The notes below the pieces were generated by a model. That model saw only the letters and a program-made list of their open reading frames with translations. It searched no databases and had not been told where the DNA came from. The position numbers and the translations under genes were made by a program. DNA of 64,000 bases from NCBI RefSeq assembly GCF_006345805.1, contig NC_043007.1:24304001-24368000 (forward strand), in the 5' to 3' direction. The DNA comes from Octopus sinensis. Lineage: Eukaryota. Position 1 is the stretch's first letter. Each line of letters begins with the position of its first letter. Positions 11,431 through 23,569 of the stretch are shown one piece after another.

Positions 11431-12284
11431 ATATCTATATCTATATCTATGTATGTATGTAATAATATATATATATATATATAATATATATATATATATA
11501 AATAACAGGCTTCTGTAACATTTCTGACAGGCCAATTTTATTCAGAAGACATGGAGCAATCTAGCAAACATTATCCTAGAAAGAACTTGGCCAAGATAAC
11601 AAGCAGGATCACATCCGGAACCAGATGATTGCGAAACAAGCTTCTTCTCCAACCTACAGCACTGTGCGTGTCCATAAATGTGTTACTGCCGATGATAATA
11701 GCAATGGCAATGATGCATGATGGGAAAGGACACCTTGTATTATAAAAAGGAAAAAAGAAACAATTCTAATTTTGATCCTGTTACCATATTACATCATAAA
11801 TATTAAAAATAAATATACTTAAAAAAAAAATGAATTCCCCAAATAATTTCGTGTAAGAACAAAACAAACAAAAGTTTAGAAGCAACAACAGCAATAGAAA
11901 AGTTAAGCAGAAAAATAAAAGGAAAAAGGAGAAATCAAAGTACTGCATTTATTATGTACAGCAGTAATGTGAAAATAATTGAGAAGGGGAATGTTCTGGA
12001 ACAAATGTATTTGTTACGGTGGAATTTTGATAAAAATCTCTTCTGATTCTCTAGCTTTAATTCTCTCATTCTCTATTCCTCCCTCTCTCTCTCTCCTCCT
12101 GCTTTCTCTCTCTCTCTCTGTCGTTCTCTTTAATCAATCCACCTGTTCTGGTAATCCCTTCAGTTGACTTTATAACAGTCTGATCTCTCTATATGTGGAG
12201 AGATAGAGAAAAAAAAAAAAAGAAACCCAAACAAAATCTTACGTTGACATGAAAAATAAAACAGCTCTTGTCACTACCAGATAA

Positions 12285-12815
12285 ATACATCATCATCATC
12301 ATCATCATCACCATCACCACTACCACCACCACCATCTTCTTCTTCATCATCATCACCATCACCACCACCACCATCACCACCACCACCACCATCATCATCA
12401 CCACCACCACCATCATCACCACCACCACCATTATCATCATCACCACCACCACCATCATCATCACCACCACATCATCATCACCATCACCACCACCACCATC
12501 ACCACCACCACCACTATCATCATCATCACCACCACCACCATCATCACCACCACCACCATTATCATCATCACCACCACCACCATTATCATCATCACCACCA
12601 CCACCATTATCATCATCACCACCACCACCATCATCATCATCACCACCACCATCATCACCCCCCCCACCATCATCATCACCACCATCATCATCACCACCAC
12701 CACCACCATCATTATCATCATCACCACCATCATCATCATCACCATCATCACCATCATCATCAGCATCGTCGTCATCGTCGTCACCACCACCACCACCACC
12801 ATCATCATCAGTAAC
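12285..12815. repeat. (CAT/CAC)n trinucleotide field
   Basis: Direct reading; source of the poly-D/G/P/T ORFs. Confidence 0.95.
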
Positions 12816-13099
12816 AACAGCAGAAGTGGCAGTAACAGCAGCACTTAGCATCCATGTTTCATGCTGGTATGGGTTGGACATTTCTCCACTGTCTTCACTC
12901 TCTTTTTGATACACCTTGATGACCTTGACTTTCATCTCTCTGTGTAGAATGTCATCCACTGATTACCGCAATGAATATCTGGGCAGTTGCGGTGGTCAGA
13001 TATAATACATCCATCTTCAAATAGACTAAGGAGAAAATATCAACACTGGATAGAAGGACGAGAAAGTTGATGATTTGCATGGGGAGACTTCTTAACTGT

Positions 13100-13690
13100 T
13101 CCCAACTTCTGCAGAATAGGTGACAGCAGGCAGCCCTGACGGACCGAACATGTGATACTAAACGGTTCTGATAAGTGGCCATAAGGTGGCTAGCTGGCAG
13201 AAACGTTAACACGCTGGGCGAAATGCTTAGAGGTATTTCGTCTGCGTTACGTTATGAGTTCAAATACCGCCGAGGTCGACTTTGCCTTTCATCCTTTTGG
13301 GGTCGATAAGTTAAGTACCAGTTACGCACTGGGGTCGATGTAATCGACTTAATACCTATGTCTGTCCTTGTTTGTCCCCTCTGGGATTAGCCCCTTGTGG
13401 GTAATAAAGAAATAGGTTCTGATAAGTGGCCATTTACTTTGACCACTGAGCAGGTGCCACTGTGCATGGCAGCAATCCAGCCTCTGAAAATGGGTCCAAA
13501 ACTGGCTGCTTTGAGGACAGCTTCCAAGTAGCGATGGTCTATACTATTGAAAGCTTTTGACTGATATAAATTGATCAAGGCCCATCGAAGCCAGCTTTAG
13601 TCCCAGCCCTCTCTATGATGTATCGCATAAGGTGGAGGTTGTCATGGATATACCTGCTCAGGATTGCACACATTTGTGCCTATCTGACCA
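13100..13690 (-). mobile_element. Tx1/L1-clade LINE reverse transcriptase fragment, split by a SINE
   Basis: YIHDNLHLMRYIIE...ALINLYQSKAFNSIDHRYLEAVL...VKVNGHLSEP|FSITCSVRQGCLLSP: degenerate RT motifs (D..KAFD, VRQGCPLSP); stops and frameshifts. Confidence 0.8.
13183..13414 (+). mobile_element. Full-length SINE A with 19-bp TSD
   Basis: TSD ggttctgataagtggccat at 13164-13182 and 13415-13433. Confidence 0.95.
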
Positions 13691-13739
13691 GACTACCAAC
13701 GGCAAGCAATAATGATAATGATCCTTTCTACTGGAAGCA

Positions 13740-13936
13740 CAAGGCCTCAAATTTGGGGAAAGGATTAAGTCAATTACATCAACCACATTGTATAACTGGT
13801 ACCCTATTTAATCAAACCTGAAAGGATGAAAGGCAAAATTGACCTTGGCAGAATTTGAACTCAGAATGTAGCAATGGGTGAAATACCGCTAAGCATTTTG
13901 TCTAGCGTGCTAACGATTCTGCCAGCTTGCCACCTT
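13740..13936 (-). mobile_element. SINE A, diverged
   Basis: gaaaggatgaaaggcaaaattgacc..gaatttgaactcag..gctaagcattt..ctgccagcttgccacctt. Confidence 0.75.
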
Positions 13937-13938
13937 AA

Positions 13939-14157
13939 CCCTTTAGTATTTAAACCGGCCATATCCGGCCAAAATAGCTAATCTGTTTTATGTTCAAACT
14001 GACCAGATCCAGCCTCTCACACCTACCCTACAATGTTATTCTACATGAAGTAATTACACCATCAAGATCTTGAAGATATGAGATAATGCATGATTAATTC
14101 AAATCAATGGGAATCAATAGGCATTATGTTTGATAGAATAATCTAAACACTAAAGGG
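13939..14157. mobile_element. piggyBac-type MITE, 219 bp
   Basis: TTAA TSD at 13935-13938 and 14158-14161; TIRs ccctttagtattta / taaacactaaaggg; another 3' fragment at about 23320-23395. Confidence 0.85.
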
Positions 14158-15536
14158 TTAAATAATAATGATAATAGTTTCAAATTTAGGTACCATGCCA
14201 GCAACTTTAGGGGTAGGAGTTTGTTGATTAAGTTTACCCTGGTACTTGAATGATATTTTATTTTAGTGATCCAGTGGGGATGAAAGACAAGGTTAAACTA
14301 TGTTGGATTTGATCTCAGAACATAAAGAGCTGGAAGAAAAACTGTTAAAGCATTGTCTTTTAAAAAATTTTTTGGATGCTATAACACTTCTGCTAATCCA
14401 CTACCATAGCAATGTGATGGTTCCAAATTTTGGTCCAAAACTAATAATTTTAAGGGAAGTGGGGGTTAGTCAATTACATCGACACCACTACTTGATATTT
14501 TATTTTTAGTGATCCTTAAAGGATGAAAGGCAAATTTGGCTTCAATGGGATTTGAACTCACAACATTTATTAATGCTTCATTATTGCTATTATTGATCTC
14601 ACTTGAAGTAAATTTTCCCACTGTCTCTTGTTAGTTGTTTTCATCTTTGTACTATCCCCAAGGTTTTGGACCCTTATGGCCAATAAAAATAATCACCGTC
14701 TTTATTATTAATACAATTTTCTATCATCACCATCATCATCATTATTATTATTATTATTATTGTCATTGTTATTAAATTTCTTGAAAATTTTGTTAGCCAA
14801 TCAATGGAATTTGTAAAATTTCCAATGCAGTTCCGTGTTCCAATATCTAAATAAAGATATTGATTAAATTATATATTCTCCAAAATATCTCTCTGTGTCT
14901 GAATGTGTTATTAATATAGACCATAAGCTGCTCTATATTCATTATCTACAACCAGCATAGCTTTCGACCAGATTTCTACAGACAAAAACTTTTAACGCTA
15001 TGCCTTCTACCACTAACTTATCCAACCAAGGAGAGCTATAATCTGTTTTAATGGAAAACAGATTAAGCAGTATTCTAAACATATCTGGTGAGGTTTCGGT
15101 TTTAGGTACATCTGTTGTTATCCTCACCATATCCTAAGTCAATATATCTGACCAACAGATGTGTGAAAAAAAAGTTGGGATGGTTACAGTTGGAGCAGAT
15201 TTGACCATTGGACTATTAAATCGTGGCTGTATAACAAGGAGGATCAAATTGGATAATGTACTCTGAAATACATTTTGGTACTCCGTCAGTTTGGTTATGA
15301 TGATGAGTGTTTCATTTGATCCAATCGATGGAACAGCCTCCTATTAATTAACGCTAAAGTAGCTGAGCATGACTCAGAGCTATGGATACCTATTTCTTTA
15401 CTACCCACAAGGGGCTAAACACAGAGAGGTGTTTTTTTTCTAATATTTTATATTATATTGTGTGGAATTTGATTTAGTATTTCTAAATTGAATTCTTTTT
15501 CCTTGTAAGTTTGGATTTTATTCCCTCAAATAATAA

Positions 15537-15611
<75 letters not shown>

Positions 15612-15624
15612 TGTGTGTGTGTAT

Positions 15625-15830
15625 GCTTGTGTGTCTGTGTTTGTCCCCCCAACATCGCTTGACAATCGATGCTGGTGTGTTTACATCCCTGTAATTAGCA
15701 GTTTGGCAAATAACACCAATAGAATATGTACTAGGCTCACAAAGAATAAGTCCCGGGGTCATCTGGCTCAGCTAAAGACAATACTCCAGCATGGTCACAG
15801 TAAAAATGACTGAAAAAAAAATAAAAGAAT
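15625..15830 (+). mobile_element. SINE B tail half following (TA)n(TG)n
   Basis: tttgtccccccaacatcgcttgacaatcgatgctgg...aatgactgaaa. Confidence 0.8.
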
Positions 15831-16012
15831 AAATGGTTGGATGAATTATAAACTTAGCTAGAATGTCTTTGTTTATTGATCTGGTCAATCATGACTGACC
15901 TGTGGCTAAAAAAAGAACAAAATTTATGGCCAAAAACCAAAGTTAAAAATCACTATTGTTCTTGCTGTATGTAATCTGCATTCTAGGTGGGTGTAATGAC
16001 TAAAATAGTTAC

Positions 16013-16401
16013 TACTAGCAGTATCGCCCGGCGTTGCTCAGGTTTGTAAGGGAAATAACTATAAAGCATTTTTAGAGAGTTATAGCCAAAAAATAGCAAA
16101 AAAATAGAAAAAAAATGATGGTAAATTTTTTTTGAGAGTAAAAAAAGGTTGAGTTGCGTCCCCTAGACAGTCTGTGGTTTATTTTTTTTGATTCTCGACC
16201 CCATGTCGAATTTATCGATTTTTTTCAGAACTGGGGGAACTTTTCAAAATTTTCGCTGCGTTAGTTTTGAATTATGACATTGGGCTATGTGTGTGTCAAG
16301 TTTCATCAGAATCGGTTGAAAGCCGTGGTCAGAGTGAGGGTACAAGCAAACAGACACACAGAAACACGCACAGACAAACTGCCGTTTATATAGAGAGAGA
16401 T
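16013..16401 (+). mobile_element. Helitron-like non-autonomous element
   Basis: 5' tactagcagtatcgcccggcgttgctc, 3' acagacaaactgccgtttatatagagagagat; first about 115 bp shared with 45828-46218; no TIR; superfamily call is from end architecture. Confidence 0.6.
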
Positions 16402-16651
16402 ATAGTTAGTAGATACTAGTTTGAATTATAGTGTCCAGCACGCTTTATTATAAACACCTATTACCATTTATCATGGGTGTTTGTTTCCCCCAAAACACTA
16501 TATTTAATGTATCAGTGATAAATGAATAAAATGTAAGGGGAAAAAAGACAAGTTTCATTTCAAGACCTCAAGTTATCCTCCCTAACACATCCAAACAGCT
16601 TTTGAACATACATCATCATATTGTTTCATGGTTGGAATGATATAATTTAGA

Positions 16652-16932
16652 AGGTGCAGGAATGGCTGTGTGATAAGTAGCTTGCTTACCAACCACATGG
16701 TTCCGGGTTCAGTCCCACTGTGTGGCACCTTGGGCAAGTGTCTTCTACTATAGCCTCTAGCCGACCAAAGCCTTGTGAGTGGATTTGGTAGATGGAAACT
16801 GAAAGAAGCCCGTCGTATATATGCATATATATATGTATATATGTATATTATATATACATATATATATATGCATATATACGACGGGCTTCTTTCAGTTTCC
16901 ATCTACCAAATCCACTCACAAGGCTTTGGTCG
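16652..16932 (+). mobile_element. SINE B head half followed by an inverted copy of its own 3' part
   Basis: 16761-16834 is the exact reverse complement of 16859-16932. Confidence 0.9.
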
Positions 16933-17084
16933 GGAGAGTTTACGAAAAAACAAAAGACGAAGACAGGTGGTGTACAAAACAAACAGATGTATTAGTATAA
17001 CGCTCAGGAATAAAAAAGTCTTTTACGTTTCGAGCCTACGCTCTTCTACAGAAAGGGACACAGAAAAACAAGGAGAGAAAAACA

Positions 17085-17090
<6 letters not shown>
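16933..17090 (-). mobile_element. Penelope-like-element-type repeat segment with hammerhead-like motif
   Basis: Same about 130-bp sequence as 26521-26649 in opposite orientation; PLE assignment inferred from the motif only. Confidence 0.5.
17020..17055 (-). ncRNA. Minimal type I hammerhead-like motif (A6U variant)
   Basis: CTTT-CTGTAGA-A-GAGC(GTAG)GCTC-GAA-AC/GT-A-AAAG; stems I and II pair; identical to 26524-26559. Confidence 0.45.
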
Positions 17091-17099
<9 letters not shown>

Positions 17100-17141
<42 letters not shown>

Positions 17142-17827
17142 ATATGTATATATACATGTATATATATATGTGTGTGTTTGTGTGTGTATGTATATATTTG
17201 TGTGTCTATGTTTGTCCCCCAAACATCGCTTGACAACCGATGCTTGTGTGTTTACGTTCCCGTCACTTAGCAGTTCAGCAAAAGAGACCGATAGAATAAG
17301 TACTAGGCTTACAAAGAATAAGTCCTGGGGTCGATTTGCTCGACTAAAGGCAGTGCTCCAGCATGGCCACAGTCAAATGACTGAAACAAATAAAAGAATA
17401 AAAGAAAATCAAATTTAATAATATATCTTTCATCTTCTTTCTTGTTTCAGTTATTTGACTGTGGCCATGCTGGGGCACAACCTTGCAGAATTTTTAGTCG
17501 AATGAATCAAACCCAGTACTTATTTTTTTTTTAAAGCCTGGTGCTTACCCTATTGTTGAACTGTTAAGTTGCAGGGATGTAAGCCCACCAACACAGGTTG
17601 TCAAGCAGTAATGAAGGACAAACACAAACACAGACACACACCCCTATATATATATCCTTTTCTATTTTAGGCACAAGTCTCAAAATTTTTGGGGAGGAGG
17701 CCAATTATTAGATCGACCGCAGCACACAACTGGTACTTAATTTATGGACCCTGAAAGGATGAAAGGCAAAGTTGACTATGGCAGAATTTGAACTCAGAAC
17801 GTAAAGACAGATGAAACATATATATAT

Positions 17828-17872
<45 letters not shown>

Positions 17873-18531
17873 GTATATATATATGTGTGTGTTTGTGTGT
17901 GTATGTATATATTTGTGTGTCTATGTTTGTCCCCCAAACATCGCTTGACAACCGATGCTTGTGTGTTTACGTTCCCGTCACTTAGCAGTTCAGCAAAAGA
18001 GACCGATAGAATAAGTACTAGGCTTACAAAGAATAAGTCCTGGGGTCGATTTGCCTCGACTAAAGGCAGTGCTCCAGCATGGCCACAGTCAAATGACTGA
18101 AACAAATAAAAGAATAAAAGAAAATCAAATTTAATAATATATCTTTCATCTTCTTTCTTGTTTCAGTTATTTGACTGTGGCCATGCTGGGGCACAACCTT
18201 GCAGAATTTTTAGTCGAATGAATCAAACCCAGTACTTATTTTTTTTTTAAAGCCTGGTGCTTACCCTATTGTTGAACTGTTAAGTTGCAGGGATGTAAGC
18301 CCACCAACACAGGTTGTCAAGCAGTAATGAAGGACAAACACAAACACAGACACACACCCCTATATATATATCCTTTTCTATTTTAGGCACAAGTCTCAAA
18401 ATTTTTGGGGAGGAGGCCAATTAATTAGATCGACCGCAGCACACAACTGGTACTTAATTTATGGACCCTGAAAGGATGAAAGGCAAAGTTGACTATGGCA
18501 GAATTTGAACTCAGAACGTAAAGACAGATGA

Positions 18532-18570
<39 letters not shown>
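17100..18570 (+). repeat. Near-identical tandem duplication, period about 715-717 bp
   Basis: aaacatcgct at 17221 and 17936; atgaaacata at 17811 and 18528; unit = B tail (+), B tail (-), A (-); joins lie in (TA)n. Confidence 0.9.
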
Positions 18571-18572
<2 letters not shown>

Positions 18573-18672
18573 TCATCATCATTGTTTAATGTCCACTTTC
18601 CATGCTGGCATAGGTTGCATGGTTTGACTGAGGACAGGCAAGCTGGGAGGTCTGCACCAGGCGCCAATCTGT

Positions 18673-18895
18673 CTAACGGGTGTTAGACAGGTGGAGTTTG
18701 AAAAGGTGCTCAGAGTTATTGTTAGTAAGATGGTTAATAATTTTATGGGTGTCTGCCAAGTCAGCTGCCAGACGTCGGAGTTTCAATGTATCCATGCCCA
18801 GGGAAGTAAGGCGTTCAGAATTAGGCAAATGCCTGATGGAGGGTATTCTCTTGGTTGCACGTCACTGAACGGTTTCAATATTAGAAATCTTTTTT
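18673..18895 (-). mobile_element. CR1-clade LINE internal fragment (same family as 3915-4506)
   Basis: ETVQ*RATKRIPSIRHLPNSERLTSLGMDTLKLRRLAADLADTHKIINHLTNNNSEHLF; preceded by a family C tail at 18571-18672. Confidence 0.85.
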
Positions 18896-18934
18896 TGGAA
18901 ACCCCCCAAATTAAAGGATGAATCTAATTCAACC

Positions 18935-18966
<32 letters not shown>

Positions 18967-18971
18967 TATGC

Positions 18972-19190
18972 ACAAAGGGGTGCTGAAAGGCTCCTGGCTT
19001 TGGGAAAAGAAAATACAGGAGCATCAGCTAATTATGACTTTATTCAGCATATTCCCCTCTCAGATTCACACATGTATTGCAGCAGTCCTTCAGTTTTTCT
19101 AGGCCCTGTAGAAGAACTCAGAAGGTTGGTCCTCCAACCAGGTCTTTTGTGAGACCCTTAAAGCCAGGAACTTTTCACCACACCCTTGTA
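18972..19190. mobile_element. mariner-type MITE, about 220 bp
   Basis: Imperfect TIRs aaggggtgctgaaaggctcctggcttt / aaagccaggaacttttcaccacaccctt, TA at the right end. Confidence 0.7.
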
Positions 19191-19416
19191 TGTGGTGGTG
19201 GAAGATTGTCGGAAATGAGAGTTGGGTTAAAATGACTTGGAATGTTTAGTTAGATTGCTTTATATTCTGAGGTAGTTATTTTCAGCAGAGTGGACTGGAG
19301 CAACATGAAGTGGAGTACCCTGCCCAAGGATACAATGCACCATCTGGTTCAGGAAACAGGTTCATTTAAACTAGTGGTTCCCAACCATTTTTTGCCTACG
19401 GGCCCCTTTTGATTCC

Positions 19417-19547
19417 TGGAAGAAAGTGACAATTGAGAAACTGGCAATTAGCAATGGTTGTTACTAGTGGCATCGGTAAAACACTCCGGAGACAGTAAAT
19501 GAATTTCCATCACTAATTGCCAATTTCTCAATTGTCCCTTTCTTCTA
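19417..19547. repeat. Inverted repeat, 41-bp arms, 49-nt spacer
   Basis: 19417-19457 versus 19507-19547, 5 mismatches. Confidence 0.85.
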
Positions 19548-19759
19548 GCTGTTCATTCCTCCTGTCATTCCTCCCTTCATTCCTCCTATCGTGTTCACAA
19601 AGTGCCTCAACTCATCCTGGTACTAACTTCTCTTAGCTTAGCATCCTCTGTTTCTTTCCAACACTACACTTTACTCTCCCCCTACTTCACCTTCCATGCC
19701 TCTCCTACTAACGGCATTACCCTGTTGACTCTCTGTGCTATGAAACAAACTGTCTCACC

Positions 19760-19960
19760 ACCACCAACCACCACCACCACCACCACCACTCCTACCACTA
19801 CCATTGCTGCTGCTGTTGTCACCAGCACTGCTGCTACTACTTCAACCCCCACTACTGCTACCCCACCACCACCAGCAACTCCACCACCACCAGCAACTCC
19901 ACCACCACCACCACCACCACCACCACCGCCTCCACTACCACTTCCACCATCACTGCTGCT
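19760..19960. repeat. (CCA)n-rich trinucleotide field
   Basis: Direct reading. Confidence 0.9.
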
Positions 19961-20384
19961 GCTGCTTCCACTGTCCCTCACTTTTCAAAAGAGAATCTGC
20001 CCTCCCCTCCTCCCCCGCAGTAATAAAGGTCATACCATTTATTAAACAATTAATTCATTGAAGACATCAGCTGCTGCTTTAAAATACAGCTTACCATAAT
20101 GATTCTATATTCTTACATATAGAGAAACAGTCAAACACTAGCAGCACAACAACAACAACAACAACAACAACAGCAGCAAAAACGAGGCAGTTTATGGCTG
20201 AACTGATTCTTCATATAGCATTGGAAGTTTTTCATGAAAGACGGTTCTTCTTCATTCAAAGAATTACTGCAAGACTTTTGTTATTTCATGTTGTTGAGTG
20301 TGTTCACTCTTTGCAGTATTAAAATTAAAATGAACAGATGTTCTTTGACAAAGAATCTGCAGTGTCTGCTTTCCATTAGTTCAA

Positions 20385-20490
20385 AGATAAGCCAAGCCAA
20401 GCCAAGCCAAACCAAACCAAACCAAACCAAACCAAACAACCAAACCAAAACCAAAACCAAACCAAAACCAAACCAAGCCAAAAGCCGAGC
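20385..20490. repeat. (CCAAG)n/(CCAAA)n pentanucleotide array
   Basis: Direct reading. Confidence 0.9.
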
Positions 20491-20514
20491 CATAGCTTAA
20501 CAGAAGCATAGCTG

Positions 20515-21040
20515 GGAGAGAGAAAGAAAAGATAGATAGAATGAGGGAGAGAGAGAGAGAGAGAGAGAAAGAGGGAGATAGATAGAATGAGGGAGAGAGA
20601 AGGGGAGAAATTGAGACAAAGAGAGAGCGGGGGGGGAGAAATAGAGACAAAGAGGGAGATTAAGAGAGATCAATGGATTAATGAATGTTCTGTTGCTTTT
20701 CTCATCTTGGTCAATGATGCACTGAAAACATTTCAATGGTCCCTTTTGAAGACATACAAATTTAGAACAATATTACTCTGGATAGATTAATAAGTTTATT
20801 GCTCTCCTTGCTCTCTCTTCCTCTTTACCTGCATCTTTGTCTCTCTCTCTTTCTCTCTCTCTCTCTCTTTCTCTCTCTCTCCCTTTCTCTCTCTCTCTCT
20901 TTCTCTCTCTCTACCATTCCCTCTGCTTGCATCTTTGTCTCTCTCTCTCTTTCCCTCTCAGCTGCTTTCTCTCTCTCGCCCTCTCTCCCTCTCTGCAGCC
21001 TTCTCTCTCTCCCCTATCCCTCTCTCCAGCTCTCTCTTTA
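20515..21040. repeat. (GA)n field (20515-20670) and (CT)n field (20805-21040)
   Basis: Direct reading. Confidence 0.9.
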
Positions 21041-21700
21041 GTTCACATTTTGTATTATAAAACTGAAATTATTATATTCTCTTTCAATTTACAACAACAA
21101 CAGCAACAGCAGCAGCAGCAGCAGCTTACTGATTCTATTAGAGAACCAGACCAGAGTTGAGTAGATCAAATAATAAAAACCTATTATCGTACTATTAGTC
21201 TGTTAGCGTTTCTACCAGTACGATGACTAGATATAAAAGACCCTGCAAGTGAATGACAGGGACCTCTATGGGAGTCACCCCCATCTGCTTGAAATAGCAG
21301 ATAAAATCTACCTCAGATTACAGCCTAGCATCTTCAATATGATATATTGTTTGTTGCTAACATCATAGAACAAATTTATAAATTTTTAAAGGAACATGAA
21401 ATAATTCTTTTTTGGAACAGTGGATCTTGAAGCACATAAGGCTATAAATACTAACATGTAGATGTCAGGCTGAAAGACCCTTTTCGATAGAAAAAGTCAA
21501 CTTTTCTGAAATAAGCCCGTTGTAGAAGGACATGAACTCTGTAAGGGTTTTGTGAAACTTGATGTAGGATGGAAACCGAATCAAACTGCTTTAAACAATA
21601 TATATAACTCCTACAAAATGAGCTGAGTACCCTTTTCTTTCATTTGTCCACCTACTCAATATATTTATATATATATATATATATATTATATATAATATAT

Positions 21701-21740
<40 letters not shown>

Positions 21741-21744
<4 letters not shown>

Positions 21745-22230
21745 TCATCATCATCATTGTTTGACCGTGGTCGAGACAATGGAATTTACCATGCTACGCC
21801 AGACTTCACGGTCCATCATGGCATTACGGAGGTCCTGTTGCGGATGCCTGTATCCCTGGAGATTACATCAGGGTAGGAGAGTGTGGCGCCCTCTGGTATC
21901 GCGAGTAGATGGCTTCCAGAGGAGAAGAGTAGAAATTACCTCTTTTTCAGCTCTACCACAATGTCCAGCAAACTGGACTCTCTTACCTTTCACAAGAGAT
22001 GACACAGGTGGTAGTTTCCCATATATTTGCATTTTGGTTGGATGGCGCTTCCACGAGAGATTTTGAGCTCTCATAAGGAGGCGAGTGTAGGTTCCATCCA
22101 ACTGCCTCTCAAGCTTCTTTGATAACGTCCAGGTTTCTGAGCCATATAGTAGAATTGGTTCGACTGTGGCTTTGAAGATTTCAAGTTTGAAGTCTCTACT
22201 TAGATTTGATGACCAGATCTTATGCATGTC
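21741..22230 (-). mobile_element. RTE-clade LINE 3' fragment with (ATG)n tail, inserted in (TA)n
   Basis: KIWSSNLSRDFKLEIFKATVEPILLYGSETWTLSKKLERQLDGTYTRLLMRAQNLSWKRHPTK: LLYGSETW is an RTE hallmark; (TA)n on both sides. Confidence 0.9.
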
Positions 22231-23569
22231 ATATATATATATATATATATTGGTAACATCAACATTTTTTTCTCTGCCCCAAGGCACAATCCTAACACAC
22301 CAGCTGAGTTCAATTCATCTAAGTCGAAAGACGCCTGTTGTGATGGCCTGTTTTATTATTATTATTATTATTATTGTTTTTTCGTCTTATTTTTGTATTC
22401 ATATTCGTGTAACATTGTCCGTTTTTCCGTCCTTGTTTCATATACATTCGAAACTTTTTTCCATGGAATCTAATGCGCTTAGCTTAGTTTTTCCTTGGGA
22501 CTGGCCAGATTGGAGCAATCTCAAGATTAATCAGCTGAAATTGCGAGGATGATCCGGTTCTTGACTGAAGATTGAAGGCTTCAAATGACCCGTCCGTGTT
22601 TTTTGTATCATCTTCTGAATGTTTTGCGTTCTTGTCCCATTTTGTATTTTTATATATATATATATATATATATCAAACATAAATTAAAAACAGAACACAA
22701 AGGATATCATGGTACACATGTTTCAAGCTTTATAAACAATCTGTTATTACATCAGTATATCTCTTATGATAAAAGATGGTTTAAAGCTCTCTTCAGCCAC
22801 AAACATTGTTAGTCCAAAGATTATATCACAAAATAAAAAGTACCTGTAGTATTACCCATTATAATAGGTTTATAGTATCTCCTTATATTTGTATAAAGGT
22901 TCGTTGGATTTCAAAAATCTGCCCATACTGTACCACTATTCAGCATAGAGTGAATGTTAAATAGATTGGATTGAGTTTATATTTAATTAGTATGTATAAG
23001 ATAGAAAGAAAAAATAAAAGTTAAAAAATAAAGTACGAAATAAAAGTAATAGAAGTAAAAGACAATAAAATTTAGCAAAATTGGAATAAAATAACAAAAG
23101 AAAAAGAAATAAAAAGAAATAAAAACAGTAGAATAAGAGATAAAGAGATAAGATACTATAGAGCTGAGAACAGGATTTTGGCTTTGATGAGATGGTAGTG
23201 GTCATAAATAATTTCTTAGTTTGACCACTCGTTGAATTATAGATTCCCCGGTCTGGAAATCGAACTCACTACCTCATGATTGTAAGCCCGATGCTCTAAA
23301 CAATGAGCCACCTCCAAAGCTACAAGATAATGCATGATTAATGTGAATAAATAAGCATTACATTTGACAGAATAATCTAAGTGCTAAGGGTTAATTGATA
23401 AACAGGTTTAACATCATCACTTAGACCTTAGTTTTTTTTTTTTTTTTTTTTTAACAAGTACAGTGTACTCTGCGGCAAGCATGAGGGCCAGGTTTCTAGT
23501 TTGAGAACCGGCTCGGGACCTTTTACAGGGTATCCAGCGCTGGACAACTACAGTATTCACAATAATGGC

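Noticed and set aside
14942-15130. 62-aa minus ORF and a plus-strand MENRLSSILNIS(G)|gtgagg mini-exon
   Set aside because: No recognisable homology and no consistent exon chain
22260-22650. CpG-retaining segment containing ctgaagattgaaggcttcaaatg, considered as a hammerhead
   Set aside because: Lacks GAAA and a closing stem I; probably an unclassified repeat but single-copy in this window
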